Origin: Deltaproteobacteria bacterium
GTDB taxonomy: Bacteria; SAR324; NAC60-12
Direction of reading: 5' to 3'
DNA: 64,000 bases
Assembly: GCA_038150265.1 (NCBI GenBank)
Contig: JAYOTF010000005.1
Coordinates: forward strand, 59,595-123,594
Both the position numbers and the translations under genes were made by a program. Positions 19,578-29,238 of this stretch are shown here, piece by piece. The notes below the pieces were generated by a model that saw nothing but the letters and a program-made list of their open reading frames with translations, was not told the origin of the DNA and made no database searches. Within the stretch, counting starts at the first letter, position 1, and each line of letters begins with the position of its first letter.

Positions 19578-20599
19578 CGGGGCAGTGTGGAGACCTCGTT
19601 ATCCCACTTGGCCAACAGGCGGGAGCGCTCATCTTTGGAACCGTACTTGGCGTGGTCATAGTCAATGACCTTCACCGAGTCCAAATCAGGTGCTTCGCTG
19701 GGGACGGTGGCGTTCTTGTTGGAGGGCACCTGGTAGGCTCCGACAGATGCTGCCAGGCTCTGGGCTTCAGCCGAGAGGGCAAAGTCGTAGAACTTCCTGG
19801 CGCTTTCCTGGTTCCGGGCCCCCTTGATGATGCTCATGGACCCAATCTCGTAGCCGGTTCCTTCACAAGGGGCAACCGTTGCGATCGGCATGCCCTTGAC
19901 CGCTTGGGTAACGGCGTCATGCATGAAAACGATTCCCACCGTGGTCTCGCCCTTTGCTGCCGCCTTGATCGGTGCAGAGCCGGACTTGGTGTACTGGCTC
20001 ACGTTTCGGTGAAGCTGCTTCATGAAGTTGAAGCCCTCTTCTTCCCCAAAGAGCTGGACCATGGTGGCCAGAGTCGTGTAGGAGGTTCCGGAGGTGTTAG
20101 GGTTCGCAATCTGAACTTCTCCCTTCAGCGCTGGGCTGAGGAGGTCCTTCCAGCACTTCGGAGCCGGGACGTTCTTTTGGGCCAGCAATTCCTTGTTGTA
20201 GCCAAAGCCAAGACCGCCCATGTAGATGCCGACGGTTTTGCCCCCGGTTGCCTGATGCGGGGTGACCGCCCAGCCATTGAGCTGCGACATCATCGGAGAG
20301 GTGTAGGCCTCAGTGAGCCCCTCTTCGGCAGCTTGCAGGTGTGGGTCACCGGTTCCTCCCCACCACACGTCTCCCTTCGGATTCGAGCGCTCGGCCTTGA
20401 TCTTCGCCAATGTTTCTCCAGAACTCATCCGCGTCATTGACACCTTGATCCCGGTTTGCTGCTCAAAGGTGTTCACCATCAATTCACACCACTCAATCTG
20501 AGGGCTGCAGTAGAGGGTGAGGCGGTCAGCAGCCTGGGCCGATGCTCCCAGCAACAAGGCTCCCGCGAGGGCACCGAAACTCTTGGTCCATTGCTTCAT
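19574..20599 (-). CDS. ABC substrate-binding protein (AfuA-like, probable sugar-phosphate)
   Basis: SSGET, WWGGTGDPH, NPNTSGT, KSGSAP, FMHD, PCEGTGYEIG motifs as recalled for AfuA. Confidence 0.82.
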   Translation of the reverse strand: MKQWTKSFGALAGALLLGASAQAADRLTLYCSPQIEWCELMVNTFEQQTGIKVSMTRMSSGETLAKIKAERSNPKGDVWWGGTGDPHLQAAEEGLTEAYTSPMMSQLNGWAVTPHQATGGKTVGIYMGGLGFGYNKELLAQKNVPAPKCWKDLLSPALKGEVQIANPNTSGTSYTTLATMVQLFGEEEGFNFMKQLHRNVSQYTKSGSAPIKAAAKGETTVGIVFMHDAVTQAVKGMPIATVAPCEGTGYEIGSMSIIKGARNQESARKFYDFALSAEAQSLAASVGAYQVPSNKNATVPSEAPDLDSVKVIDYDHAKYGSKDERSRLLAKWDNEVSTLPR

Positions 20600-20773
20600 C
20601 ACGTTTTTCTCCCTTTCTAAAAGTGAGGTTGGGGGGATCCCCGAAAAACCAGAAAGGAGAGAATTTGATTTCAATTGAGTCACATTTCAAGGCCTATTTT
20701 TGTTGCACGTGCGAACAAAACGCCGGACCTTGAGGCAAAATGAGGGAAGAGGGCAGGGAAAAAAAGTGGGGAT

Positions 20774-21082
20774 TCAGTAGGCGAGAACCGACTCGCGCAC
20801 CAGTCCGGTGCGCATCCGGAAGCGGCGTCCCTTGCGTCCTGGTGCTCCCTGGCCGTTGATGCGTTCCAGGATGCCTTTGGCTTCCAGGTCGCTGAGAACG
20901 CGGGAGACGTGTTCTCGTGCGCAGCCCAGCATTTCAGCGGTCTGGGACACGTGCAGCTGCACCTCACCGTTGTCTTGCAGGGACTTCATGCAGAAGAGCA
21001 GCACCTGCAGCTTCTTGGTGGCCCCCAACTCTTCGGAGAGCGCCAGAAGTTCGGACAGGTTGATTTCAATGTACTGAGACAC
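20774..21082 (-). CDS. Small winged-helix DNA-binding protein
   Basis: VSQTAEMLGCAREHVSRVLSDLEAKGILER (Crp/RepL-like HTH); GTG start. Confidence 0.7.
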   Translation of the reverse strand: MSQYIEINLSELLALSEELGATKKLQVLLFCMKSLQDNGEVQLHVSQTAEMLGCAREHVSRVLSDLEAKGILERINGQGAPGRKGRRFRMRTGLVRESVLAY

Positions 21083-21332
21083 AGGCGGAGTTCGGACAGA
21101 AGTAAAATCAAACAGGTCCTACCTTAAGCCGCCTCTGTTAGCTTATGATTAAGAGATCTGTGAAGTTGCATTTATTTTCGGAGCTCTGCTCTTCTTGCCT
21201 GGGGGCTCTGCCACGGCTCCCGTTTCACCCGGGTCCCATGGTGAAGCTCAGGCTGCTTTTGAACTTGGCCCTCCACGCCAGAGTTCTTATGCTGGCCCGG
21301 ACTTTTTGATGAACCCTTGTTGGCAAAGAAAC

Positions 21333-22094
21333 ATGACAGCAGCAGAGAAGCGAGTGGCCCTGGTGACCGGAGCCGGATCAGGAATTGGACGAGCCGCCGC
21401 CCTGGCTCTTCAGGGAGAAGGCTACCACGTCTTCCTCACGGGGCGGCGGGAGGACGCGCTGCAGGCGACCGCAGCGGAAGCTCAGGCCTCCGGAGGCGCT
21501 GTGCATTGTGTTCCGGCTGATGTCGCGTCACCAGAGGAGGTGAGCCGCCTGTTTCAGCAAATTCAGGAAACGTACGGACGCCTGGATGTCCTCTTCAACA
21601 ACGCAGGAGTGGGAGCGCCACCGGTGGGGTTTGACGAGCTGACATTTGAGGACTGGAAGCGGGTGGTGGACATCAACCTCAACGGCGCCTTTCTCTGCGC
21701 CCAGGCGGCCTTCCGGATGATGCGGGAGCAGACGCCGCAGGGTGGGCGCATCATCAACAATGGCTCCATTTCGGCACAGGTTCCGCGTCCGAATTCGGCT
21801 CCCTACACGGCGACCAAGCACGCCATCACCGGCCTCACCCGGAGCCTTTCGCTGGATGGGCGCCCCTACCGGATTGCCTGCAGTCAGTTGGATATCGGAA
21901 ACGCGGAGACGCCGATGACGGCACGGATGAAGGACGGGGTGCCTCAGGCCAACGGAACCCGGCAACCCGAGCCGGTGATGGGGGTGCAGCATGTGGCCGA
22001 CAGCGTGGTGCTGATGGCCAACCTGCCGCTGGAGGCGAATGTGCAGTTCATGACCCTGATGGCCACGAATATGCCCTTCATTGGGCGGGGTTAA
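21333..22094 (+). CDS. Short-chain dehydrogenase/reductase
   Basis: [22 protein letters not shown]. Confidence 0.92.
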   Translation: MTAAEKRVALVTGAGSGIGRAAALALQGEGYHVFLTGRREDALQATAAEAQASGGAVHCVPADVASPEEVSRLFQQIQETYGRLDVLFNNAGVGAPPVGFDELTFEDWKRVVDINLNGAFLCAQAAFRMMREQTPQGGRIINNGSISAQVPRPNSAPYTATKHAITGLTRSLSLDGRPYRIACSQLDIGNAETPMTARMKDGVPQANGTRQPEPVMGVQHVADSVVLMANLPLEANVQFMTLMATNMPFIGRG

Positions 22095-22108
22095 CGCTGG
22101 GCCGGACG

Positions 22109-23119
22109 CTAGGGAAGGACCGGAAGGCGGGTGGTCACCATCTTGATGTACTGAGAGCGCTCAAATGCCGCCGGATTGTCCCCATGGAGGTGGCTGAGGC
22201 TTCCTTGCATCTGCTTGACCGACTCATACTCGTGGCGCTCCATCCACTCCACCAGGTCGCTTTTGATTTGTTCCAGGTGGGCCATGCCGTTCCAGAACAG
22301 CGCGGAGGCCATCATGGTCACCTTCGCCCCAACCATCAACAGCTTCAGGACGTCCTCGTGGCTGTGAATGCCACTGGTGGCAGCAAAGTCGACCCCAATC
22401 TTTCCATACAGCAGCCCGATCCAGGTCAGCGGAAGCCGATGCTCTTCTGAGGACGAGAGCACCACCTTGGGCTTCAGGGTCAGCTCATCCAGGTCCACAT
22501 CTGGCTGGTAGAAGCGGTTGAAGAGCACGAGCGCGTTGGCCCCGGCGCCTTCCAGTCGGCGGGCGACGTTGCCGAAGTTGGTGTAAAACGGGCTCAGCTT
22601 CACAGCAAGGGGAATCCGGGTTTGATCCCGGACGGTCCAGACGATGTTTTGCAGGGCCTGCTCCATCCCCTCGGCGCTCCGGTCCAGGTCGGTGGGCACC
22701 GAGTACACATTCAGCTCCAGCGCATCGGCGCCGGCCTGCTCAATTTCCTGGGCCAGTCGGGTCCACCCGCCGTTGGTTTCCCCATTGAGGCTGGCAATGA
22801 CTGGAATGCCAAGGCGTTGCTTGGCGCGCATGATCAGCTCCAGGTACTCCTCAGGTCCCACCTGCAACTCTGGGTGCTCCGGAAAGTAACTGGTGGCCTC
22901 GGCATGACTCTCAGCGGTGTGGCTGAGGTGGAGGTCCAGAAAGCGCCCCTCATGAGCGAGTTGCTCCTCAAACAGCGAGGGCAGGACGATTGCTCCGGCT
23001 CCGGCATCTTCAAGCCTCAGCAGGTTGTCCAGCTTCTCCGTCAGAGGAGACGCTGAAGGCACAAGCGGGGAGCTGAGTTCCATCCCCAGGTAGTGGGTGC
23101 TCAAGTCCATGATGCTCAC
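22109..23119 (-). CDS. Dihydroorotate dehydrogenase-like flavoprotein (PFOR-associated)
   Basis: SASPL, SLFEEQ, VKLSP, LFNRFYQPD, SGIH; overlaps the PFOR stop. Confidence 0.85.
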   Translation of the reverse strand: MSIMDLSTHYLGMELSSPLVPSASPLTEKLDNLLRLEDAGAGAIVLPSLFEEQLAHEGRFLDLHLSHTAESHAEATSYFPEHPELQVGPEEYLELIMRAKQRLGIPVIASLNGETNGGWTRLAQEIEQAGADALELNVYSVPTDLDRSAEGMEQALQNIVWTVRDQTRIPLAVKLSPFYTNFGNVARRLEGAGANALVLFNRFYQPDVDLDELTLKPKVVLSSSEEHRLPLTWIGLLYGKIGVDFAATSGIHSHEDVLKLLMVGAKVTMMASALFWNGMAHLEQIKSDLVEWMERHEYESVKQMQGSLSHLHGDNPAAFERSQYIKMVTTRLPVLP

Positions 23120-26100
23120 TCCTGTTCAGGTTGTTGCGGAGCTGGCTCGGGAATCCAGCCAGCGAGGTGCTCATAGAAGCGTTGCCGTTCGTTGAGGCCC
23201 ACCTCTGCGACCTGTTGCAGGTGTTTGGCGGTGTCCGGATCCGTCTGTCGGAGCATGCGGTAGCGGTTTTCCAAATCCTGGAACTGGCTGAGGTGAACGC
23301 CTGAGGGCTTGGAGTCCAGCTGCAGCGGTGGCTGGTGCAGGGCAATGCGCCGAGGATCAAAGCGGTACAGGGGCCAGCTTCCAGACTGCACCAGAGCCTT
23401 TTGGTGCTGCATCCCGGTGGTCATGTCAATGCCGTGGGCAATGCAGTGGCTGTAGGCAATGATCAGCGACGGTCCCGGATACGACTCGGCCTCAAGGAAG
23501 GCCCGGAGCGTGTGAGTATCCTTCGCGCCCATGGCCACGCTGGCGACATAGACGCTGCCGTAGCTCATTGCCATCATGCCCAGGTCCTTCTTCGCCTGCA
23601 CCTTTCCTCCCATGGCAAACTTGGCCACGGCGCCCATCGGGGTGGATTTCGACTTCTGGCCACCAGTGTTGGAATACACCTCGGTGTCGAGCACCAGCAC
23701 ATTGACGTCTCGGCCACTGGCAAGCACATGATCGAGTCCCCCAAAGCCAATGTCGTAAGCCCAGCCGTCTCCGCCGATGATCCACACACTCCGGCGGACC
23801 AGCGTCTCGGCAAGGGATTCAAGCCGGCGGGCCTGAGGCGTTTGCAGGGCCTGCAGCTTCTGCCGGAGTTGCGTCACGCGTTCTCGCTGCTCATGGATGC
23901 CGGCTTCGGTGCTCTGATCGGCTTCCAGGAGGGCCTGGACCCAGGTGTCTCCGAGCTCCGGAGCGAGTTGCTTCACCAGGGTGGTGGCCGTCTGCTGCTG
24001 CTGATCAAGGGTGACCCGGAAGCCCAGGCCAAATTCGGCGTTGTCTTCAAAGAGGGAGTTGGACCACGCGGGTCCGCGTCCTTCCGGAGTCTGTGCCCAC
24101 GGCGTGGTGGGCAGGTTTCCGCCGTAAATGGAGGAGCACCCGGTGGCATTTGCCACAACCATGCGGTCTCCAAATAACTGAGACGCCAGCTTGACGTACG
24201 GGGTTTCTCCACATCCTGAACAGGCTCCGGAGAACTCGAACAGCGGCTGCTGAAACTGCTGCTGCGGAATCTTTCCGGCATCAATTCGGAGGCGGTCGGT
24301 CTCCGGAAGCGCGGTGAAGAACTTCCAATGGGCCGCCGAGGCTTCCCGTAGTGGCGCCTGTGGCTTCATGTTGATGGCCTTGAACTTGGTCTGCGACTTG
24401 TTCTTCGCGGGGCAGACATCGACACAGAGGCCGCAGCCGGTGCAGTCTTCTGGAGCAACAGCGAGCACATACTGCGCTCCTTCCCAAGTGCGGTCACGTG
24501 CTGGAACAGAGAGGAAGCCTGCTGGTGCCGCGTCCAGCGCTTGGGGCTCCACGACCTTGGCGCGGATGACCGCGTGCGGACAGACCATCAGGCACTTGTT
24601 GCACTGAATGCAGGTCTTCGGGTCCCAGACCGGGATCTCGGCCGCAAGGTTGCGCTTTTCCCACTGGGCGGTTGCGGTTGGGAAGGTGCCGTCTTCCGGA
24701 AGCGCGCTGACTGGAAGCTGGTTTCCGCCATCGGCAATGATGCACCCCAGCACGTTTTTGACAAAATCCGGAGCCTCTTCCGGAACGGCAGGCTTGAACG
24801 CCAGACGACTGCTGACCGTCTCCGGAAGCGGCACCTCGTGCACGGCCTGCATGGCTGCTTCGAGGGCCTTCAGGTTTTGCTCAACAACCGCAGTTCCCTT
24901 CGAGGCATAGGTCTTCTTGACGGCGTTCTGAATGGCTTCGCGGGCCTGTTCTTCCGGAAGCACGCCACTGACCTTGAAGAAGGCCGCCTGCATGACCGTG
25001 TTGATGCGACGTCCCATGCCCACCTCCCGGGCAATGCGCTCCGCGTCAATGACGGTGAAGCGCATCCGCTTTTCCAACAGCTGCTCCTGAAGGGGACGCG
25101 GCAGGTGGTTCCAGGCGGCTTCCGGAGCATCTGGCGTGTTCAGCAGGAAGGTGGCTCCCGGAAGGGCCGAGGCAAGGACGTTGTGACGCTCCAGGAAGAC
25201 GGGCTGGTGACAGCCAATGAAGTTGGCCTGCTCAATCAGGTACGGCGCTCGGATGGGCTCGGGTCCGAAGCGCAGGTGCGAGATGGTCATGGCTCCGGAT
25301 TTCTTGGAGTCGTAGACGAAGTAGGCCTGAGCAAAGTGTCCGTCAAGGTCGCCGATGATCTTGATGCTGTTTTTGTTGGCCCCAACGGTTCCATCCGAGC
25401 CGAGGCCGTAGAAGATGGCCCGGAAGGTGTCTGGAGACTCAATGCGGAAGGACTCGTCCACGCTCAGGCTCAGGTGGGTGAGGTCGTCATCAATGCCCAC
25501 GGTGAAGGGGTGCCGAGGTGAGTCGTCATGGAGGTGGTCGAGGGTGGCCTTGACCATCGCCGGGGTAAACTCCTTGGACGAAAGCCCGTAGCGTCCGCCC
25601 ACCACCTGAGGTGCGTGCTCCCGCCAGCCCTGGCGGACGGCCTCGGGAAGCGCGGCGGCGACATCCAGAAACAGGGGCTCTCCCAACGCCCCCGGCTCCT
25701 TTGTTCGGTCGAGGACCGCCAGCTTCTGGACCGTCTTGGGAAGAACGGCAGCAAACCGCTGGACGTCGAAGGGGCGGTAGAGACGCACAGTGACCACTCC
25801 GACACGATCTCCCTGTGCCTGGAGGTACCGGACGGTTTCCCGCGCCGTTTCCGCCCCTGATCCCATGAGCACCAGGACGCGCTCGGCTTCCGGGTGCCCG
25901 GTGTACTCAAAGACCTGGTAGGCGCGGCCCGTTAGCTCAGCAAAGCGGTCCATGACCTGCTGGACGGTTTCCGGAACCTGTTGGTAGAAACGATTGGAGG
26001 CTTCCCGGGCCTGAAAGAAGACATCCGGGTTCTGGGCGGTTCCGCGCAGTACCGGGTGTTCCGGAGAAAGAGCGCGCTCGCGATGGGCCTGAATGGCCGA

Positions 26101-26688
26101 CTCGGAGACCAGCTGCTCAAGAACCTCGTTGGGAAGGCGTTCGGAGGAGTTGAGCTCGTGCGAGGTCCGGAAGCCATCAAAGAAGTGCAGCACCGGCACT
26201 CGGGAAAGCAGCGTGGCCGCATGAGCAAGGGCGGCATGGTCTGCCGCTTCCTGGACGCTTCCGGAGGCCAGCATGGTCCAGCCAGCAGGACGCATGGCCA
26301 TCACGTCGGAGTGGTCTCCGAAGATCGAGAGGGCATGTGTGGCAACCGAGCGGGCGGCCACGTGGATGACGGCTGGAGTGAGTTCGCCTGCAATCTTGTA
26401 CAGGTTGGGAAGCATCAGGAGCAGGCCCTGCGACGCCGTAAACGTCGTGGCGAGTGCCCCGGTTTGCAGGGCGCCATGAAGCGCTCCGGCAGCTCCTCCT
26501 TCGCTTTGCATTTCCACAACATCCGGACGTCCGCCCCAGATGTTGTCGCGTTGACCGGCGCTCCAGGTGTCTGCCCACTCTCCCATCGGCGAAGATGGGG
26601 TAATGGGGTAGATGCAGACCACCTCACTCAGCCGGTAGGCGACATCAGCGACTGCTTCGTTGCCATCAAGAATGTGATGTGTGCCCAT
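23116..26688 (-). CDS. nifJ: Pyruvate:ferredoxin (flavodoxin) oxidoreductase
   Basis: YPITP, MQSEGGA, GGRYGL, two CxxCxxCxxxC, GACSGCGE, GDGWAYDIG. Confidence 0.97.
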   Translation of the reverse strand: MGTHHILDGNEAVADVAYRLSEVVCIYPITPSSPMGEWADTWSAGQRDNIWGGRPDVVEMQSEGGAAGALHGALQTGALATTFTASQGLLLMLPNLYKIAGELTPAVIHVAARSVATHALSIFGDHSDVMAMRPAGWTMLASGSVQEAADHAALAHAATLLSRVPVLHFFDGFRTSHELNSSERLPNEVLEQLVSESAIQAHRERALSPEHPVLRGTAQNPDVFFQAREASNRFYQQVPETVQQVMDRFAELTGRAYQVFEYTGHPEAERVLVLMGSGAETARETVRYLQAQGDRVGVVTVRLYRPFDVQRFAAVLPKTVQKLAVLDRTKEPGALGEPLFLDVAAALPEAVRQGWREHAPQVVGGRYGLSSKEFTPAMVKATLDHLHDDSPRHPFTVGIDDDLTHLSLSVDESFRIESPDTFRAIFYGLGSDGTVGANKNSIKIIGDLDGHFAQAYFVYDSKKSGAMTISHLRFGPEPIRAPYLIEQANFIGCHQPVFLERHNVLASALPGATFLLNTPDAPEAAWNHLPRPLQEQLLEKRMRFTVIDAERIAREVGMGRRINTVMQAAFFKVSGVLPEEQAREAIQNAVKKTYASKGTAVVEQNLKALEAAMQAVHEVPLPETVSSRLAFKPAVPEEAPDFVKNVLGCIIADGGNQLPVSALPEDGTFPTATAQWEKRNLAAEIPVWDPKTCIQCNKCLMVCPHAVIRAKVVEPQALDAAPAGFLSVPARDRTWEGAQYVLAVAPEDCTGCGLCVDVCPAKNKSQTKFKAINMKPQAPLREASAAHWKFFTALPETDRLRIDAGKIPQQQFQQPLFEFSGACSGCGETPYVKLASQLFGDRMVVANATGCSSIYGGNLPTTPWAQTPEGRGPAWSNSLFEDNAEFGLGFRVTLDQQQQTATTLVKQLAPELGDTWVQALLEADQSTEAGIHEQRERVTQLRQKLQALQTPQARRLESLAETLVRRSVWIIGGDGWAYDIGFGGLDHVLASGRDVNVLVLDTEVYSNTGGQKSKSTPMGAVAKFAMGGKVQAKKDLGMMAMSYGSVYVASVAMGAKDTHTLRAFLEAESYPGPSLIIAYSHCIAHGIDMTTGMQHQKALVQSGSWPLYRFDPRRIALHQPPLQLDSKPSGVHLSQFQDLENRYRMLRQTDPDTAKHLQQVAEVGLNERQRFYEHLAGWIPEPAPQQPEQE

Positions 26689-27156
26689 GAATTTTCTCCG
26701 AAACGGGTGTGGGTCAGCCTCGTTTCAAAGTATTCAAAAACTCAAACATTCCAGCCATTCGTAAATAGACGTAAGGTTGGCTGGAATGAAACGGGGCGCG
26801 TTCAGCAGGTGGGCTGCTGGGAGAAGGACAGAGCGGGGGAGGCTGGAACGGAGGTGGACTTGCGGAATTTTTCCGAGTGCGAAGGTTCTCCTCCATGCCG
26901 GGACGGAATCCCAGAGGCCAGGGAACGTCCCGCCAACTGAAGCAGTGAGCGGCGACTGAAGTTCAACATGTGTGTGATACCTATTTCAAGTATGAGTAAT
27001 CGAATCTGACGACACCTAATTATGACGGTCAAATGTTTAGATTGATTGAGCGCTCCGTTGCATCCCTGCAAAAAGGGGCAACCGCAGGAGCCAGAGGATG
27101 TTGGATGCTCTAGCAGAGGGCGTGCCAAATGAGGCGGAGGCGAGGGAACCGAAGGG

Positions 27157-28713
27157 TCAGGTCATCCCGGTCATCATGCGGCCGATTTGCTCGACACTGG
27201 CGTCAGACCGGGGCAGGACGCCCACGATGCGTCCGTCAAAAAGAACGGCAATGCGATCGGAGAGGAGCATGAGCTCATCCAGATCTTCCGAGATCCACAA
27301 CACCGCCAATCCTTCCTCCCGTCCGGCTCCGATGGATTCTCGAATGAAGCGGGTGGCATGAATATCCAGTCCGCGTGTGGGCTGACAGGCCAGCAGCACC
27401 TTGAGGGGGCGAGAGGTCTCTCTCGCGAGGATGACCTTCTGCATGTTTCCCCCAGAGAGCAGGCCCACCCGGGTCTTTTCAGAGGGAGCCCGGACATCGA
27501 ACTCTCCCATTTTTTCATGACCATACTGCTGAATGGCTCTGTGCTGCAGCAGGGCATTTTGGAAAAATTGGGAATTTTGAAAATCCCGGAGCAGGAAGTT
27601 TTCGGCAATGGACATTCCGGAAGCCACTCCAAATTTTTTCCGGTCTTCAGGAATGTAGCCCACGCCCCGCTGAATGAGGTCGTTGACCTCTGGAGGCGCC
27701 AGCGTTTCGCCTTCAAACTGGAAGCGTCCGGAGGTGAGGGGGCGCAGGCCACAGAGGACCTCTGCCAACTCGCGCTGTCCATTTCCTGAAACTCCAGCCA
27801 TGCCCAGCACCTCGCCGGCACGAAGCTCAAGGGAGACCCCCTTTAGCGCCGGGTGTCCCAAGTCGTTGACCGCATGAACCGCCTCAAGGGAGACAACGAT
27901 GCGGCCCTGCTCGGATTCGGTGGGCTGCTGGGCCACTTGCTCCGCCTGAGCCTCTTGAAGGACCACGGCTTCATCGGCATCAAGCTGTGCCTTGGGGGCG
28001 TTGCCCATCATCCAGGAGGCCAGGGCCTCCGGCGTGGTGTCTTCGCGCTGCAGCGTGGTCATCAGGCGCCCATGGTGAATGACGGTGATCCGGTGCGAAA
28101 GCGCCATCACCTCCTTCATCTTGTGGGAAATGAAGAGCAGGGACTGCCCCTCCTGACTCATCCGCTGCATGATGCGGTAGAGCGCTTCAGACTCCTGAGG
28201 CGTCAAGACAGCGGTCGGCTCGTCCAGGATCAGGACCTGGGCTCCTCGGTACAGCACCTTGATGATTTCCACACGCTGCTGCTCGCCCACGGAGAGGTCT
28301 CGGACGCGGCGAGTTGGGTCGACCTCAAGGTTGTAGCGCTCGCTGATTTCCCGGATCTCCTGGTTGACCTTCCGGAAGTCGAGGGCCTGGGCGCCGGGCT
28401 GGCCGAGAATGATGTTTTCAGCGACCGTGTGGTTCCGGACCAGCATGAAGTGCTGAAAGACCATGCCGATGCCGTGCTCAATGGCCTGCCGGGGATTCCG
28501 GAAGAGAACGGGCTTGCCATGGATGCGGATCTCTCCCTCGTCGGGAGCATAGAGCCCGGCAATGATGCTCATCAGCGTGGACTTGCCGGCACCGTTTTCT
28601 CCAAGGATCGTGTGGATTTCTCCGGCTCGCAGATCCAGGTCGATGTGATCGTTGGCAAGAACTCCGGGAAAGGCTTTGGTGATCCCCTGAAGTTCCAACA
28701 CAGGAGGCGTCAT
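27157..28713 (-). CDS. Double-domain sugar/nucleoside ABC ATP-binding protein
   Basis: GENGAGKST, FQHFML, DEPTAVLTP, LSGGNMQK, QPTRGLD. Confidence 0.9.
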   Translation of the reverse strand: MTPPVLELQGITKAFPGVLANDHIDLDLRAGEIHTILGENGAGKSTLMSIIAGLYAPDEGEIRIHGKPVLFRNPRQAIEHGIGMVFQHFMLVRNHTVAENIILGQPGAQALDFRKVNQEIREISERYNLEVDPTRRVRDLSVGEQQRVEIIKVLYRGAQVLILDEPTAVLTPQESEALYRIMQRMSQEGQSLLFISHKMKEVMALSHRITVIHHGRLMTTLQREDTTPEALASWMMGNAPKAQLDADEAVVLQEAQAEQVAQQPTESEQGRIVVSLEAVHAVNDLGHPALKGVSLELRAGEVLGMAGVSGNGQRELAEVLCGLRPLTSGRFQFEGETLAPPEVNDLIQRGVGYIPEDRKKFGVASGMSIAENFLLRDFQNSQFFQNALLQHRAIQQYGHEKMGEFDVRAPSEKTRVGLLSGGNMQKVILARETSRPLKVLLACQPTRGLDIHATRFIRESIGAGREEGLAVLWISEDLDELMLLSDRIAVLFDGRIVGVLPRSDASVEQIGRMMTGMT

Positions 28714-28719
28714 GGATGC

Positions 28720-29076
28720 TTAGCTGCCGCGATAGGTCGTGAATCCAAAAGGACTGAGCAGGAGGGGGATGTGGTAGTGCTGATCGGGGTGTTCCAGGTG
28801 GAAGCGGATGTCGACTTCAGGATAGAAGCTGGACTGGCCCAGTTGCTCGAAGTAGGGGGCCACCGCAAAGCGCATGCGGTAGATGCCCGGGGGCAATTCA
28901 GTCTCCGGAGGCAGCAGGTCAGTGACCCGGCCATCGGCGTTGGTGAGGCCTTCTGCAAGAACCTCCCAGTGCTTCTGATCGCTCTTGAGGCGACTGAGGG
29001 AGACGGACACTCCTGCAGCCGGACGGCCCAGGGCGGTATCCAGAATGTGCGTGGTGATCGGACTGATCGCGCTCAT
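28720..29076 (-). CDS. uraH: 5-hydroxyisourate hydrolase
   Basis: HILDTALGRPA, TNADGR, HYHIPLLLSP, C-terminal YRGS. Confidence 0.95.
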   Translation of the reverse strand: MSAISPITTHILDTALGRPAAGVSVSLSRLKSDQKHWEVLAEGLTNADGRVTDLLPPETELPPGIYRMRFAVAPYFEQLGQSSFYPEVDIRFHLEHPDQHYHIPLLLSPFGFTTYRGS

Positions 29077-29238
29077 GAGGAACTCCAGAAGGTTTCAGGG
29101 GCACAGCCAAAACAGCTCTATACCTTGCGCCTCTTGTCCTCAATCCTCAAGCGGATTCCATGGCATCCCTGAGATCGTCGTCCCCCCACTCCTCAAAGAG
29201 AAGCAGGGGGAACTGGCGATGACTCATGGAAGTCTGTC

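Noticed and set aside
16258..20599. Ferric iron transporter
   Set aside because: The SBP lacks the FbpA Tyr-Tyr motif, resembles AfuA, and lies beside PiT.
20774..21082. Plasmid replication protein / integrated element
   Set aside because: No integrase, iterons, att repeats or obvious composition shift.
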